Shown piece after piece: positions 35,706 through 45,616 of a stretch of 47,495 bases of DNA (its first letter is position 1; the number at the start of each line of letters is the position of its first letter). The stretch is from a virus (Duplodnaviria > Caudoviricetes): IMG/VR virus record IMGVR_UViG_3300017705_001252, positions 1 through 47,495 of that record; one strand, written 5' to 3'. The notes under the pieces were generated by a model that was not told the origin of the DNA, searched no databases, and saw nothing but the letters and a program-made list of their open reading frames with translations. The position numbers and the translations under genes were made by a program.

Positions 35706-35709
35706 TATT

Positions 35710-37482
35710 ATGGCGACATTCGATTTAATTAAGAGAGAAGCATTTGAAGAAGTAGTTAACACTCTAGAAACCAATGACGCGCAAGTTCAATCAGCCATTG
35801 CTCTGGCAGCTGCTTTAGCACCTGTTAATGTTCCAAGATCCGGAGGCGATGATCTTTCTGCGAAGCCAGGAACCGGCGGAGCTTCGTTAGATGATGTAAG
35901 TTGGTGGTTAAAAGACGGTGAAGACTTTCAATTGCTAACCTTTGATGGTTCTGCTTGGCAGGAGTTCGGCAACCCTTTGTTGACTATCAGGAGTAACGCT
36001 GAAGGTTTGCTGTCGGCTATTTTACGTGGAACCGGTAATTATATTGATCCAAACGCAGATTACGCTTTTATTGGAGCCGGTGAGAACAACAGGATTGAGA
36101 AAGACGTTAAAAGAGATTCAAACCCATCCTGGGGGTCAGCACCCGGAGGTTTTGGGAACAAAAACTATGAATACGCAGGCGCTCTTCTTGGTGGGTATGG
36201 AAATATAAACGATGGTAAAATTGGAACCGTCGGCGGCAACACCTGCATGAACAGTTCCAATGATGGTTCTGCTTTAGGAAATAGAGTAGTTTCAGGCCGT
36301 CGCAGATATAATGTTACATCCACCGGAGTTGATACTGATGGCGATGTAGGTGAAAAGCCCTTTGTAATTATCGACGGCAGGTTTGGAGATCAGACCAGCT
36401 ACTTCCCAAATGAGCTCACCGACAACATCACAACTCGCTATGGAGCCGGTGCTACTCAGGACGCGAAAGGAAATATTTACTCAGCATCTCATACAGCAGC
36501 GACTTGGGTTGGTGATGATGTAGATGTTGCAAATGATCTTAGATGGGCGCTTCATTCAATCTGTGTGCTCAAAGGTAATGCAGAGTCTTCTATTGGATAT
36601 TTCCCGATCCTTAAAGCAATTTGGGATGGCTCAAATACGAAGATCTATTACGATAATGGAGGCGAAGCTTATGGCGGAGCAATCGAAAGTATTTATAGTT
36701 CATATGCGCCTACTGTTCCAATTAATGGATATCCAATGGGGAATGGTTCAGGAGCTCGTGGATTTAAGAACTCTGCAAGTGGATACGGTGCAGGAGTAGA
36801 TGGCTATTTAGTGAATGTTTGGGCTCGCGGTGCTTATGGGGCAGGTGAATCGGTTACTATATTTGAACAAGCTTTAGCTTCTATTGCAGCTGGATTCAAT
36901 ATCGATCAAAAAGGAAAGTATGCTGCTGTATTTGGTGAGATTATAAAAAATTTGGGCAGGGCTACATTTGGCGGTGGTCGTGAAATGGAGTATTTGAATG
37001 ATTACCAGCACGGGCATGGTTATAAAGCAATAGCTGATTTCCTTGGGCAGTCAGTGTATGCAGTAGATGATTTTGCAAATCCCGGAGATTCGCAGCACTC
37101 AAAGCTGAACTTAAAGCGATTTGCATCCGGAAACTCATTAAGGGAGCTTACCATCCAGGGAGGAAATCCAACGGCAAATAATCAGATCGTTCTTAAAGAT
37201 GATACTGCTTACTTCTTCACCGTGAACATGGTAGGCCGTGAGACCGGTGGAGATTATGGAGCAATCACTTTACAGTTTATAGCTAAAAGAGATACAGGTG
37301 TTGCAACTGTAGCTGTATCGGGAGTAACCAAGACTTACGATTCAACTCCTGCTAATTGGGATGCTGATGCTGTAGCTAACACGACAGATGGTTTAGTCTC
37401 TATCCGGGCTAAGTGCAATAACGGTGCGGATGCCTATTGGCAAGCAACCGTTTTTTGGGAACAAATAACCCCAGCTACTTAA
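35710..37482 (+). CDS. Tail fibre / receptor-binding protein
   Basis: Gly/Asn-rich beta-solenoid repeats (IGAGENN, GGFGN, GGYGN); last gene before the right end. Confidence 0.75.
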   Translation: MATFDLIKREAFEEVVNTLETNDAQVQSAIALAAALAPVNVPRSGGDDLSAKPGTGGASLDDVSWWLKDGEDFQLLTFDGSAWQEFGNPLLTIRSNAEGLLSAILRGTGNYIDPNADYAFIGAGENNRIEKDVKRDSNPSWGSAPGGFGNKNYEYAGALLGGYGNINDGKIGTVGGNTCMNSSNDGSALGNRVVSGRRRYNVTSTGVDTDGDVGEKPFVIIDGRFGDQTSYFPNELTDNITTRYGAGATQDAKGNIYSASHTAATWVGDDVDVANDLRWALHSICVLKGNAESSIGYFPILKAIWDGSNTKIYYDNGGEAYGGAIESIYSSYAPTVPINGYPMGNGSGARGFKNSASGYGAGVDGYLVNVWARGAYGAGESVTIFEQALASIAAGFNIDQKGKYAAVFGEIIKNLGRATFGGGREMEYLNDYQHGHGYKAIADFLGQSVYAVDDFANPGDSQHSKLNLKRFASGNSLRELTIQGGNPTANNQIVLKDDTAYFFTVNMVGRETGGDYGAITLQFIAKRDTGVATVAVSGVTKTYDSTPANWDADAVANTTDGLVSIRAKCNNGADAYWQATVFWEQITPAT

Positions 37483-37685
37483 AAAATAAGATTAAAAACG
37501 CTCTAAAGATTATATTAATCTATGCCAGATTGTAAATAAAATACCTGTACTAGGTTTATTATTAGTTTGTAAACCCCACTTTAACCACTATTCAAATAGT
37601 TTTAAATTTAAAATGCATTTCCCACGTCATGGTTTGTTGCCTTGCATGTTTTGTGTAGATTATTACAAAAAGAGCGGGGAGTTTA

Positions 37686-37734
37686 TTTTCTCAAACTATA
37701 TTTACTATTTTCTCAAACCATTTCGCGAGTTATA
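37686..37734 (-). repeat. Prophage right end with two transposase-binding repeats
   Basis: TTTTCTCAAACTAT (37686-37699), TTTTCTCAAACCAT (37708-37721), terminal TTATA. Confidence 0.85.
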
Positions 37735-37768
37735 GTAATTAATTATTCTTTTAATATAAAATATAAAT

Positions 37769-38533
37769 ATGGGTGAACGAATAGATGAACTTGAAAGTAT
37801 TACAAGGAGTCAAAGTCGAGAATCAGAACACCTTCATAGAGAGTATTATGAGATATTCATAAAAACCTACAATGAAAACCCCTTATCTGCTTTTTCAACT
37901 TTTGTTAGCATCAGAGATGAATCCAAAAGGAGACTAATAGAAAAAGAGAATGATCTTAAAAAAAGGATTCATGAATTTATAAAAGAATTAGAAAGATTTT
38001 TTTTAGATGATTCACTGGAAGAGCTTGTATTTGAGATTGAAGATTTATTAAAAGGTCAGTTAAAAAAGCTAAACTTCAATCTTTACAAAGACATTATATC
38101 TTTAGTCGATATGGAGGTTTCGAACGATGCAAGAATTTCAAATAAATTTAGTACTGACTATTCTTATGACATTGATGAAATATTAGGTGAGTCAAGAACA
38201 CTTAACCGCATTCGTGTTATTATTTACGTAACCTCATTCCTAATTGATAAAATATTAGATAATGGGTTTCCCTATGAAATCTCCACAGATCTAAACACAG
38301 TAGCAATAGATGTCTTTAAAGTTGAAATACCAATTGAAAAGCCAGATAAACTTCAAAAATATCTTTGGTATGAGAAATTTTATCAAGAGACAGAAAACGT
38401 AGTAGAGTCATTTAATCTATTAATAAAGAAGATTGAGGATCTTGGAATGTTGCCATCTGATTTTGATATTACTACAACAGATCCAATGAATTTTAAGCGT
38501 TCTTATACCAAATGGTTTACTTCGAGGAACTAA
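37769..38533 (+). CDS. Hypothetical protein (directly downstream of int in the empty site)
   Basis: 254-aa AT-rich ORF. Confidence 0.75.
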   Translation: MGERIDELESITRSQSRESEHLHREYYEIFIKTYNENPLSAFSTFVSIRDESKRRLIEKENDLKKRIHEFIKELERFFLDDSLEELVFEIEDLLKGQLKKLNFNLYKDIISLVDMEVSNDARISNKFSTDYSYDIDEILGESRTLNRIRVIIYVTSFLIDKILDNGFPYEISTDLNTVAIDVFKVEIPIEKPDKLQKYLWYEKFYQETENVVESFNLLIKKIEDLGMLPSDFDITTTDPMNFKRSYTKWFTSRN

Positions 38534-38627
38534 GGTTCCGGAAAATTCAGAACAATAGTTCATAGTTATTAGAATTTTCTTTCTAGACATTTGTCATCAA
38601 TTACTTAACTAAACAAAGGTAAACAAG

Positions 38628-38816
38628 ATGACAAATAGAATAATACGCTTTCCTGAAGTATGTGAAATCCTCGGAGGTGTTAGTAGGCAAACAGTCTACG
38701 ACATGATAAAACGAGGTGATTTTCCACCAAGTTTTAAAATCTCTAAGAATGGTAGAGCAGTCGGTTGGTTAAAAACTGATATAGAATCTTATTTAGCGGA
38801 ACAGAAGCCATGCTAA
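38628..38816 (+). CDS. alpA: AlpA-family regulator / excisionase
   Basis: IIRFPEV....GVSRQTVY..IKRGDFP...KI...AVGW...DIE.YL. Confidence 0.92.
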   Translation: MTNRIIRFPEVCEILGGVSRQTVYDMIKRGDFPPSFKISKNGRAVGWLKTDIESYLAEQKPC

Positions 38817-39808
38817 ACAAACTACCTAAAAGTACAATACCCCTACATGGTAACTATGTATTAAGGACAGAATCTGTCCAGATGTTCGATACTATCTCGC
38901 TTTTTCTTCCAATCAATTTTATAAAGGATACTGATGCACTAGAAAAATGTTTGGAAGCATATGAAGATTCAAAGTTTATAATCGATAAAAACGGTGAAAT
39001 TCTAACTGAACAGTATTTTAATAATGGGATTCAACTAAAAATGTTTAAGAGTGGTTTAAAAATATCTGGAAGTGTTCCAAGATTCCTATATGGGAATAAT
39101 TACCGTTTTGCATCAATAGAAGATTTAAAATTGTTTAAGAAATCGTTGGAAGAGTTGCATAACATCTCTCTAGATAACGCAATAGTTAGAAAGTTAGATT
39201 TTGGTCTGGACATCAATGTTCAAAATAATCCCAAGCATTACTTTCGTCAATTACAAAGTTCAAAATACTATACTGGCTTACTTATCTATCCAAATAGTAT
39301 AACATTTTGTAATTCGAATAGGAGAAAAATATTATATGATAAATCACTCAAGGGTCTAAGTAGTAATAATAGAATACGATTTGAAATAAGGTATAAAAAG
39401 AGATATTTGGATAGGATTTTCAAAGAGGACATGAGCTTGAAAGATCTATTCAAACATAACAATCAAAGAATATTTATTGAATGCATTGATGATGAATTTA
39501 AATCTATCAATAAACTAGCATCCGTTTCTTACAACCCTACTGAGATATTAACTCCTAAAGATTTTAATAAGTTAGTCTTGGGATATTTTATTGAAAATAG
39601 AGGTTTAAAAAATGTCGAGCATTTAATTGAAGAGATATTTGAAACTGGGGGTCTTAATAATGTTAAGAATGTATACAGGCTAAAGTCTAAGTATAGAAGA
39701 ATAGCCAATAGTATTGGAAGAGATAAAAGTACTCAATCATTGTATGATGAGTTATATAGCAAGATGATCACAAACATCGAAACTGCTAAAACAAGAATAG
39801 TCAATTAA
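38810..39808 (+). CDS. Phage/plasmid replication protein, gpII/X family
   Basis: ISGSVPRFLYGNN, VRKLDFG, LYDK, RFEIR motifs. Confidence 0.75.
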   Translation: MLNKLPKSTIPLHGNYVLRTESVQMFDTISLFLPINFIKDTDALEKCLEAYEDSKFIIDKNGEILTEQYFNNGIQLKMFKSGLKISGSVPRFLYGNNYRFASIEDLKLFKKSLEELHNISLDNAIVRKLDFGLDINVQNNPKHYFRQLQSSKYYTGLLIYPNSITFCNSNRRKILYDKSLKGLSSNNRIRFEIRYKKRYLDRIFKEDMSLKDLFKHNNQRIFIECIDDEFKSINKLASVSYNPTEILTPKDFNKLVLGYFIENRGLKNVEHLIEEIFETGGLNNVKNVYRLKSKYRRIANSIGRDKSTQSLYDELYSKMITNIETAKTRIVN

Positions 39809-39822
39809 TACCCAACACTTAA

Positions 39823-40299
39823 ATGAAAAAAGAAAATAGAGAAACAAAACCCTGGTCTCGCCTTAAACAAGAAAGTGATATTGCATTCCATGCTTTTACA
39901 ATCTACCGGGACCTAGGTGGTCATAGATCACTTGCTAAAACTGCAAAAGAACTAGGTAAAGAACCTCATTACAAAAGCCAACTCGAGAAGTGGAGTAAAA
40001 CATATGAATGGGTTCGAAGAACTATATCATTTGATGAACACTTGGATTTCCAAAAAATAGAGCTCGCTAGTCAGCGCTTAGTTGATTTGCATAATCATGC
40101 ACTTGATTCGGGAAAAAAGGTAATAGATGAATTAGTAGGAATTATAACTGGAAATTGGTGTGAACCACAAACATTAAAGGCAATAGAAGTCTATTTAGAG
40201 ACTATAGGGCTTAAAAGAAAGAACTATACTGAAGATGTTAATTCACAAATAGACTGGCAAAAAAGGGACGAAGAACTGGCAAGAATTCTTAACCCTTAA
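39823..40299 (+). CDS. Terminase small subunit-like HTH protein
   Basis: ES..AF.AF.IYRDLG..RSL.K.A..LGK.....LEKWS....W..R...FD. Confidence 0.65.
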   Translation: MKKENRETKPWSRLKQESDIAFHAFTIYRDLGGHRSLAKTAKELGKEPHYKSQLEKWSKTYEWVRRTISFDEHLDFQKIELASQRLVDLHNHALDSGKKVIDELVGIITGNWCEPQTLKAIEVYLETIGLKRKNYTEDVNSQIDWQKRDEELARILNP

Positions 40300-40366
40300 A
40301 ACACTCAAAGTTATTCAAACTTTAAGGAAATCATACTTGACTATAGGTCAGGTAAACGTCAGGTAT

Positions 40367-40417
40367 AGGTCGGTAAAAGGTCGGTAAAAGGTCGGTAAAA
40401 GGTCGGTAAAAGGTCGG
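40367..40417 (+). repeat. 11-bp tandem repeat AGGTCGGTAAA, 4 copies plus a partial
   Basis: Read directly. Confidence 0.95.
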
Positions 40418-40540
40418 GTATTATGTACGGATTTAGATGGTTAAATAGTATGGTGAAAGTATGACAAAAGTATGGTAATACAGCACATCGTTAAGATCGG
40501 TAATTACTAGAGAGTTAGAAACTTTGTTGGAAGAATTATG

Positions 40541-40595
40541 GCATTACGAAAGCATTACGAAAGCATTACAAAAGCATTACAAAAGCATTACGAAA
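40541..40595 (+). repeat. 11-bp tandem repeat GCATTACRAAA, 5 copies
   Basis: Read directly. Confidence 0.95.
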
Positions 40596-40679
40596 GTATA
40601 CCGACAATATGGATGTTCCATCAAAGATTTTAAGGAAGAAAAGTTCAAAATCACATCAATATCATATGATTATTCAATC

Positions 40680-41165
40680 TCAATTAGCAATACAGACCTT
40701 GTTTACAAATTGTTTAATCTTCGATTGTTCAAAGTCTTGTTTAATTAAATCACCATATCCTAAACCTTCTTTTTCATATATATCATGAGCGCATTTACAT
40801 TGTTCAGGTGTCGCATTAGTTAATTCAGAACATTGTACTACCATAGTAGCTTTTAGTGCCTTGTAAAACTTCCTTCCATTATCTGAGAACTTAATATCAG
40901 TTTGATTGTTTTCCATTAATGGAAGAAGACACACATCTCCAATATCCTTTTTTGGTTTTATATCTTTGTTGCTATAATTATACTTATAGACATCATAGCC
41001 ACAATCATAAAACGTATCCGGAAGCGAAATTATATTTAATTGAACTCGATAACTATCTTTGATGTATTCGACTACTGATTTCTTTGATTCTTGTGCTTTC
41101 AATATGTATGGAATTAAAATCAGTACTACTAAAACTAAATAGAAGCTTTTTATATCTACTCTCAT
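40680..41165 (-). CDS. Secreted hypothetical protein with Cys motifs
   Basis: Signal-peptide-like N-terminus. Confidence 0.65.
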   Translation of the reverse strand: MRVDIKSFYLVLVVLILIPYILKAQESKKSVVEYIKDSYRVQLNIISLPDTFYDCGYDVYKYNYSNKDIKPKKDIGDVCLLPLMENNQTDIKFSDNGRKFYKALKATMVVQCSELTNATPEQCKCAHDIYEKEGLGYGDLIKQDFEQSKIKQFVNKVCIAN

Positions 41166-41662
41166 GATGTAGTGTCATTGGATTTAAATTTATACACCAT
41201 TAGCCAACCTGATAGAGTGATTATAGTTGGTAATAAATACATCCCTACCACAAATCCAGTTGTCGCTTCAAAATCTAAGTTGGCTAAAGAATTAGTTATG
41301 TATATAAATGCTACTCCACCTAAGCATAAAATTATATACCCAAATATTGACATAAAATTAAATTTCCAAGCAGAATTCGGATCCTTTAATCTGTAGAAAA
41401 GAAGCCCGGATATTAGTATTAAAAATGATGTACATAAAATAATTCTAAAAAGATCTACCCTGATCTCTTGAACCACCAAACGTTTAGATTCTAGTATTGG
41501 AGGAGTTATAAACAAAAAATAATGACCAAGATTTTTTACTTCTGTGATTTCCGGTTCATAATTAATGATAGAAACGTATTGCCAATTAGGAAACAGAACA
41601 ATAATCATCAATAATACTATTGTGAAATTCAGTATTACTTTTTGCTTAGAGTTTAATACCAT
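41162..41662 (-). CDS. Membrane protein (about 4 TM)
   Basis: Hydrophobic segments. Confidence 0.7.
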   Translation of the reverse strand: MVLNSKQKVILNFTIVLLMIIVLFPNWQYVSIINYEPEITEVKNLGHYFLFITPPILESKRLVVQEIRVDLFRIILCTSFLILISGLLFYRLKDPNSAWKFNFMSIFGYIILCLGGVAFIYITNSLANLDFEATTGFVVGMYLLPTIITLSGWLMVYKFKSNDTTS

Positions 41663-41739
41663 ATTGCTATAAATAGTTTAAATATTGTGGGCTATAGCCC
41701 GTAGCTCTAAGATACTGATTCCCGCATCTTTGTCAAGCG

Positions 41740-41970
41740 ATGAAAGACGGGAACGACATAGAAAAAAGTTTTGGTGAAGTAATAAAAAGACTTCGCAAGC
41801 AAAAGGGCATTTCTCAAGAAAAGCTTGCTGAATTATCTAACTTAGACCGTTCTTATCTCTCAGAACTTGAACGTGGTGAGAAAACAGCTTCCCTACGTAC
41901 TATCTTTAAATTATCAAATGGACTAGAAGTTGCTGCATACATTCTACTGAAAAGTATGGTAGATAATTAA
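41740..41970 (+). CDS. XRE HTH, R-M controller (C-protein)-like
   Basis: ISQEKLAELSNLDRSYLSELERG; upstream GGGCTATAGCCC palindrome (41689-41700); precedes the R-M gene. Confidence 0.8.
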   Translation: MKDGNDIEKSFGEVIKRLRKQKGISQEKLAELSNLDRSYLSELERGEKTASLRTIFKLSNGLEVAAYILLKSMVDN

Positions 41971-42067
41971 CACAAATCAAGAGTTAGAATATTTACAATG
42001 TTATTCAAATTATGATTGTACTTAAATACTGATTTTGTTAGTCTAAGCGCAAACCTCTATATGGCTT

Positions 42068-45000
42068 ATGACTCTACTACAATACATTGATAATCTGAAC
42101 AAACAGTTTTCAACCGGAAGAGCACGAGAACATAGCTATCGCTCTGATTTACAAACACTGCTTAGTACGTTGTTACCTGAAATTTTGGTAACTAATGAAC
42201 CTTCCAGGAGTGAAGTGGGTGCTCCTGATTACATCCTCACAAAAGGAAATATTCCGGTCGGCTATATAGAAGCAAAAGATATTGATGATGGGGATCTGGA
42301 TGGAAAAAAGAAAAATAAAGAGCAATTTAATCGCTACAAATCCGGATTACCGAATTTAATTTTTACCGATTATCTGGATTTCCATTTCTACAAAGATGGG
42401 GAGAAAACTACAACCATTAAAATTGCTGAAGTTGTTGATGGTGAAATTGTTGCGATACCTAAAAACTTCGACACTTTTAAAAATCTGATCAAAGATTTTT
42501 CTCAACAAGTAAGCCAAACTATACGCTCTTCCTCACGACTTTCTAAAATGATGGCGGGGAAAGCACGGATTCTTGCTGATGTAATTGAAAAGGCATTAAA
42601 TGTTGATGAAGAATCGCAAAAGAATCAGGTTAATTCTGCAGCTAACAACACACTCAGAGAACAGCTTACCGCTTTCCAAAATGTACTGATTGCCGATATT
42701 AAACCGAAAGAGTTTGGAGACATCTACGCCCAAACAATTGCCTATGGAATGTTCGCCGCACGCTTGCACGATCCGACTTTGGAAACCTTCTCCCGACAAG
42801 AAGCCGCCGAACTGATTCCGAAATCTAATCCTTTTTTGCGGAAGTTATTCCAATACATTGCAGGCTATGATCTGGATGATCGAATTATTTGGATAGTGGA
42901 TGGTTTGGCTGATATTTTCAGAGCTACGGATGTTGAAGGCTTGTTGAAAAATTTTGGGAAAAGTACTCAGCAACACGATCCTATCATTCATTTTTACGAA
43001 ACCTTTTTGGCAGAATACGATCCCAAACTTCGTAAAAGTCGTGGAGTGTGGTACACGCCCGAGCCGGTAGTAAATTTTATAGTACGTGCCGTTGATGATA
43101 TTCTTAAAGACGAATTTGGATTGAAAGATGGACTGGCCGACACTTCTAAAACTAAAATTAAAGTAAAAGTACCAACACACGACAAGCGCCATAAAGACGG
43201 AATGGTGGAAGAAGAGCGAGAAGTACACCGTGTGCAAATTTTAGATCCTGCTACCGGTACAGGAACCTTTTTAGCCGAGGTGATCAAACAGATTTATACC
43301 AAGTTTGAAGGACAGCAAGGCATCTGGACTAAATATGTAGAAGAGCACTTAATTCCTCGATTGAATGGCTTTGAAATTTTAATGGCGAGTTATGCCATGG
43401 CACATTTAAAGCTGGATTTGCTGTTGCAAGAAACCGGGTACAATGCTTCTGCCTCCGGAGCTTCAAACCAGCGTTTTAAGGTTTATCTCACCAATTCTTT
43501 AGAAGAACACCATCCCAATTCGGGAACTCTATTTGCCAATTGGTTGAGTGAAGAAGCCAACGAAGCCAATCACATAAAACGGGACGCACCTGTAATGGTT
43601 GTAATGGGAAATCCGCCTTATTCTGGTGAAAGCTCCAATAAAGGAGACTGGATTATGGATTTAATGGAGGACTATAAAAGAGAACATACTGGTGCTAAGC
43701 TAAAAGAGCATAATATTAAATTTGTAAATGATGACTACGTAAAATTTATAAGATACAGTCAATCGGTTATTGACAGAAATGAAGATGGTATTTTGGCTTT
43801 TATAACAAATCACAATTTTCTAAATAATCCCACATTTAGAGGTATGAGGTGGAGTTTAATAAACTCATTTAATGACATATACCTTATAGATCTTCATGGG
43901 AATTCATTCAGAGGGGAAATTATACCAGATAACATCAATAAGGATGAAAATGTATTTGATATTAGAACCGGAGTATCAATTATTATTGCTGTAAAAAGAA
44001 AAAAAGATAAGAAATTAGCAAAAGTAAGATTATTAGATTTGTATGGTTCAAGAGAAATAAAGTATAATTTTTTAATTAATAAAGATTTAAAAAAGATTGA
44101 ATTTGAAAACATTGATCTAAATAAACCCAACTTTTATTTCAAAAAATTTAATCAAAACTTAAAAATTAGGTATCAGAAAGGACTAAGTGTTATAGATTTT
44201 TTTAAAACTTATTCGCTTGGTATTCTTACAAAAAACGATTCAATATGTATTTCCTTTTCGAATCAAGAATTGATTAAAACCTTAACTGATTTTAAAGAAA
44301 TAAATTCTGACGAGTTAAGAACAAAATACAACATTAAACCAGATTCTAGAGATTGGAAACTTAACAATGCAATTGAAGATGTAATAAAAAATTGGAATAA
44401 AGACTCTATTAAAAAGGTATCATATAGACCATTTGATGATCGATATACATTTATAAGTGGGGAATCAAAAGGTTTTATTGCATATCCACAGAAGAAAATT
44501 TCTTTACCTATTGAACAAGAAAGCAATCTTGGTTTAATACTTACAAGGCAACTTGCAAGTTTACCTTTCTATCATGCTTTTGTTGCTAATAAAATTTCTG
44601 AGCAATGCTATATGTCGGGAAGGTCAAGAGAGGGTGGTACTGTTTTTCCACTCTACCTCTATCCCGAAGAAAGCGGGCAACAAACGTTGGCTGGGAAACC
44701 CGAACGTATTCCCAATTTAGATAAGAAAATCCTTAAAGACATTGAAGAGAAGTTAGGATTGAAGTTTGTTCCTGAGAAAGAAAAAGACAAATCTACTTTC
44801 GCTCCTATCGACTTGCTCGATTATATTTATGCGGTACTACATTCCCCGAGCTATCGAGAAAAGTACAAAGAATTTCTAAAGATCGACTTTCCCAGAGTTC
44901 CCTATCCGTTAGAACAAGATAAATTTTGGGAGTTAGTAAAGCTGGGAGGTGAGCTTCGTCAAATTCATTTATTGGAAGCCGAGGTAATTGAAAAGCCTAT

Positions 45001-45328
45001 AACATCTTATCCAAAAGATGGGGATAATGTAGTAACCAATCGTATTACAAAGAATGATCCGGGATTTGTAGAAGATGAAAGTAATCCCGATTTCGGTAAA
45101 GTTTGGATTAATGAGACACAATATTTCGATAAAGTACCGCTCTTAGCTTGGGAGTTTTATATTGGTGGTTATCAACCTGCTCAAAAATGGCTCAAAGATC
45201 GTAGAGATAGAGAACTCAGCATTGAAGATATTATGCACTATCAGAAGATTATTGTTGCATTGACAGAAACTGATAGAATAATGAAATTGATTGATGACAT
45301 TGGAGTAGTTATTACGAATGAATCATAG
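42068..45328 (+). CDS. Single-chain type IIG/ISP-like restriction-modification enzyme (PD-ExK nuclease, N6-adenine MTase, specificity domain)
   Basis: PDY...GYIEAK, LDPATGTGTFL, GNPPY, FLKIDFPRVP, IGGYQP..KWLKDR. Confidence 0.9.
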   Translation: MTLLQYIDNLNKQFSTGRAREHSYRSDLQTLLSTLLPEILVTNEPSRSEVGAPDYILTKGNIPVGYIEAKDIDDGDLDGKKKNKEQFNRYKSGLPNLIFTDYLDFHFYKDGEKTTTIKIAEVVDGEIVAIPKNFDTFKNLIKDFSQQVSQTIRSSSRLSKMMAGKARILADVIEKALNVDEESQKNQVNSAANNTLREQLTAFQNVLIADIKPKEFGDIYAQTIAYGMFAARLHDPTLETFSRQEAAELIPKSNPFLRKLFQYIAGYDLDDRIIWIVDGLADIFRATDVEGLLKNFGKSTQQHDPIIHFYETFLAEYDPKLRKSRGVWYTPEPVVNFIVRAVDDILKDEFGLKDGLADTSKTKIKVKVPTHDKRHKDGMVEEEREVHRVQILDPATGTGTFLAEVIKQIYTKFEGQQGIWTKYVEEHLIPRLNGFEILMASYAMAHLKLDLLLQETGYNASASGASNQRFKVYLTNSLEEHHPNSGTLFANWLSEEANEANHIKRDAPVMVVMGNPPYSGESSNKGDWIMDLMEDYKREHTGAKLKEHNIKFVNDDYVKFIRYSQSVIDRNEDGILAFITNHNFLNNPTFRGMRWSLINSFNDIYLIDLHGNSFRGEIIPDNINKDENVFDIRTGVSIIIAVKRKKDKKLAKVRLLDLYGSREIKYNFLINKDLKKIEFENIDLNKPNFYFKKFNQNLKIRYQKGLSVIDFFKTYSLGILTKNDSICISFSNQELIKTLTDFKEINSDELRTKYNIKPDSRDWKLNNAIEDVIKNWNKDSIKKVSYRPFDDRYTFISGESKGFIAYPQKKISLPIEQESNLGLILTRQLASLPFYHAFVANKISEQCYMSGRSREGGTVFPLYLYPEESGQQTLAGKPERIPNLDKKILKDIEEKLGLKFVPEKEKDKSTFAPIDLLDYIYAVLHSPSYREKYKEFLKIDFPRVPYPLEQDKFWELVKLGGELRQIHLLEAEVIEKPITSYPKDGDNVVTNRITKNDPGFVEDESNPDFGKVWINETQYFDKVPLLAWEFYIGGYQPAQKWLKDRRDRELSIEDIMHYQKIIVALTETDRIMKLIDDIGVVITNES

Positions 45329-45339
45329 TGTTAATTTAT

Positions 45340-45606
45340 ATGAAAACAGATAGAGAAATATCGTCAGGTAAAACTGACGGGGAATACTACTGGTGTATAC
45401 ATTGTGAAAGAGCATACGAGAAAGTAAACGTAAGAACTGTGGTTACTGAAGAAGCTAATATGCTTGAAATGTGTGCTTACGAAGATTGTGATGGAGATGC
45501 TTTTCTAGACGTATGGGACTGGGAAAGCATCCGTGAGGGTAATCCGGGTTATCCTGAGATTCCTGAAATCGATAAACATTATCCGATGTATCCTAAAAAA
45601 AAATAA
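45340..45606 (+). CDS. Small Cys-rich (putative Zn-binding) protein
   Basis: WCIHCERAY...CAYEDCDG. Confidence 0.7.
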   Translation: MKTDREISSGKTDGEYYWCIHCERAYEKVNVRTVVTEEANMLEMCAYEDCDGDAFLDVWDWESIREGNPGYPEIPEIDKHYPMYPKKK

Positions 45607-45616
45607 AACTATTAAT

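Larger units (their letters stand above)
1219..37734. mobile_element. Mu-like transposable prophage with non-contractile tail, 36,516 bp
   Basis: Inverted termini TATAA-N8-ATGGTWTGAGAA at both ends; GTAAT duplicated at 1214-1218 and 37735-37739; MuA, MuB, Gam, GemA, Mor, gp28/29/30/G/I/36/37-like genes. Confidence 0.95.

Noticed and set aside
33374-37734. Diversity-generating retroelement or invertible G segment
   Set aside because: No reverse transcriptase, template/variable repeat pair, invertase or oppositely oriented fibre genes were seen.
40343-40600. CRISPR array
   Set aside because: The repeats are 11 bp, directly tandem with no spacers, and no cas genes are present.
40524-40748. 74-aa ORF with YKSITK repeats
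   Set aside because: It is a translation of the 11-bp array, has a TTG start and overlaps a gene on the opposite strand.
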